Of a stretch of DNA of 64,000 nt, positions 62,300 to 64,000 are shown in pieces. The number at the start of each line of letters is the position of its first letter. Within the stretch, counting starts at the first letter, position 1. Position numbers and translations under genes: made by a program. The notes under the pieces were generated by a model. It was not told the DNA's origin, ran no database searches, and saw only the letters and a list, made by a program, of their open reading frames with translations. The stretch lies in IMG/VR virus record IMGVR_UViG_3300042309_002885, positions 1 to 64,000 of that record; one strand, 5' to 3'. Source of the stretch: a virus.

Positions 62300-63579
62300 G
62301 CATATCCATTATTGGGTGATGCTCTGTAACTAAATTCTTTTACCTGTTTATGATTGTTTTTAATCTCTTGCCATAGTTGAGCTACACCTGTATCGGTATT
62401 AGCGATGTCATGCAGAATGATAATACCATTAGTGTTTATTATCTTCATAGCATTGTCATAATCCTCTTTAACACCATCATAACTATGATCTGCATCAATA
62501 AAGATGCAGTCATATTGATTTTTATTTTCATTAAAAAAGTCGTGAGTAGAAGCATTAAAGAATTTAATATCCTTTTCGTTAAACATTGCACTTAGTTTGT
62601 CAACTTTCGCCTGTATTTTTGTTTCAGTTTGTTTTATGTGTGTATTTCTATATGCGATATTATCAACACAATGAAGAGTTCTGGCTGTTTTTTGTAAGAA
62701 TATTGAGTTAACGAAGAAGCTTCCGCCATTACCTACACCCAGTTCTAGGTACGATGTAACATTACTCGTTCTTAGTATATCGAGTAGTTCAGAGTATTCT
62801 TCTGGTATCTGCTGTAATTGTAAATTACCGGGTGTATTACATAAAAAATAATCGGGTTGCTGACTACCGGCTTTATTACGTATCCAATCTTTTAAATCAT
62901 CTTTACTTAAGTTAAGTAAATCATCACGATAGTGTGCCTGTATTAATTTGCGTATTTCCTCAATATGCTGTGGTGTATGTTTTCCGTGAAAAGCAAATGT
63001 ATCACCTACTTGCAACTGTATATCATCACATGGCTGCTCTACAGAAAATGTTGCTGCTATCTCTAATGGTGCAAACTTATACCCCTTTTCAATAAGATGT
63101 GGGTATAAGTTAGAGCATATTAGTGTATCTTCATGACCTCTTAAATTAGGTATAGTTTTTATATACTCCATTATTCGCTTACTACGTATCGATACACCAC
63201 CGTTACCGACTCTGTTGTTGTTATATAAAAAATGTGCATCTCGGCGCCATGGAGCTCCTATGAAATCATATTTAAGATAATCATCCTTCCATAAATCAGG
63301 CCGTACTACAAAACCGTCATAGTGTATAGAGAAACAGAAATCTGTAGTTATGTACTCTACGAGCTTGTATAACATGAACTCACTATATTCATCTAGACTA
63401 CCTATTCTATCAATTTGTATAAATTTAAATTTACTGTTAAAGTTTTTCGGCTTAACATCTGAAAATAATATAATTTCGTAGAAGGTAAGTTGCTCGCTTG
63501 TCTTTTCCAGAGCTTTGATGGCGAGCTCTGGTTGTATACAATCTACTGCAAATAATGTACAATTGTTTATATGATTCAT
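62272..63579 (-). CDS. DUF5672 domain fused to class I SAM methyltransferase (Methyltransf_24)
   Basis: IHYDGFV, YDFIGAPW, VGNGG.SIRS, HED; LELGVGNGGS, FIDADHSY..V..D, ILHD. Confidence 0.75.
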   Translation of the reverse strand: MNHINNCTLFAVDCIQPELAIKALEKTSEQLTFYEIILFSDVKPKNFNSKFKFIQIDRIGSLDEYSEFMLYKLVEYITTDFCFSIHYDGFVVRPDLWKDDYLKYDFIGAPWRRDAHFLYNNNRVGNGGVSIRSKRIMEYIKTIPNLRGHEDTLICSNLYPHLIEKGYKFAPLEIAATFSVEQPCDDIQLQVGDTFAFHGKHTPQHIEEIRKLIQAHYRDDLLNLSKDDLKDWIRNKAGSQQPDYFLCNTPGNLQLQQIPEEYSELLDILRTSNVTSYLELGVGNGGSFFVNSIFLQKTARTLHCVDNIAYRNTHIKQTETKIQAKVDKLSAMFNEKDIKFFNASTHDFFNENKNQYDCIFIDADHSYDGVKEDYDNAMKIINTNGIIILHDIANTDTGVAQLWQEIKNNHKQVKEFSYRASPNNGYACGIGVIFL

Positions 63580-63587
63580 GAAGTGTA

Positions 63588-63998
63588 CTAATTATATAGT
63601 ATATGTTGATCGATTTCAACATATTTTATCGCAGGATTTATCATTAGAACGGAATTAGATACATTAGAAATAGTTTTTATTAAAAAATCCGACCGTGACA
63701 TTAAGTACGTCTCAATAACTACATCTTCTCCCATTTTGTATGGGTTAGATAGCCCAATAGACTGATGAACACCAATGTTATTTTTTTCCTTAGACCGTAT
63801 ACTATCGTATGTTATTAGTTTTTGTTTATATCTTTCAGAAAAGATATCTACAGTGTACTCTTCATCAGTGCACAATAAAAGTTTATCATAATTTTCTATA
63901 TGTTTATCAATATGACTAAAATACACATCGATTGGTAACAGAGGCGCATCGTTTATATGATCTGTACCACGCTTGTGAACAGCTAATACACGATCACC
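63588..63998 (-). CDS. NodZ/GT23-like fucosyltransferase, 5-prime truncated by the window edge
   Basis: Frame open to the window end: VLAVHKRGTDH, LLCTD, GEDVVIE..LMSRSD. Confidence 0.7.
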   Translation of the reverse strand, partial: GDRVLAVHKRGTDHINDAPLLPIDVYFSHIDKHIENYDKLLLCTDEEYTVDIFSERYKQKLITYDSIRSKEKNNIGVHQSIGLSNPYKMGEDVVIETYLMSRSDFLIKTISNVSNSVLMINPAIKYVEIDQHILYN

Positions 63999-64000
63999 TG

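Noticed and set aside
1-64000. Alternative genetic code (stop reassignment)
   Set aside because: TAA, TAG and TGA all end conserved or tightly packed genes, and core genes are intact under code 11.

Overview
A 64-kb segment of a large, AT-rich T4-like myovirus genome. The right half holds T4-type core genes: head/neck/tail-terminator block gp23, gp22, gp21, gp4, gp13, gp20 and gp15; a split gp5-like baseplate spike; fibre-like genes; a DinG-like helicase; a gp62-like clamp-loader subunit and a GroES-like chaperonin. It also holds nrdAB, thyX, Hsp20, a ClpP-like protease, a 7-deazaguanine DNA-modification cluster (TGT-like, formyltransferase, P-loop kinase, QueF) and a glycosyltransferase cluster. 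The left end has two tRNAs (including a rare Ile-UAU) next to a PD-(D/E)XK nuclease, a PEP-CTERM protein and a four-domain glycosyltransferase. The accessory region (about 8.2-30 kb) alternates between two gene classes. (A) Tiny, apparently leaderless genes, most with their own GGAAC-N5-TAnnnT promoter (39 copies counted in the window). (B) A 21-member hypervariable paralog family (MRY...PExHPLFN) in four clusters behind a variant late promoter, ACTAAATA. In both classes the upstream stop codon is usually built into the next promoter, and recent duplications and a chimera break at these motifs, suggesting a promoter-delimited cassette-shuffling system. All assignments come from manual motif reading; no database searches were run.
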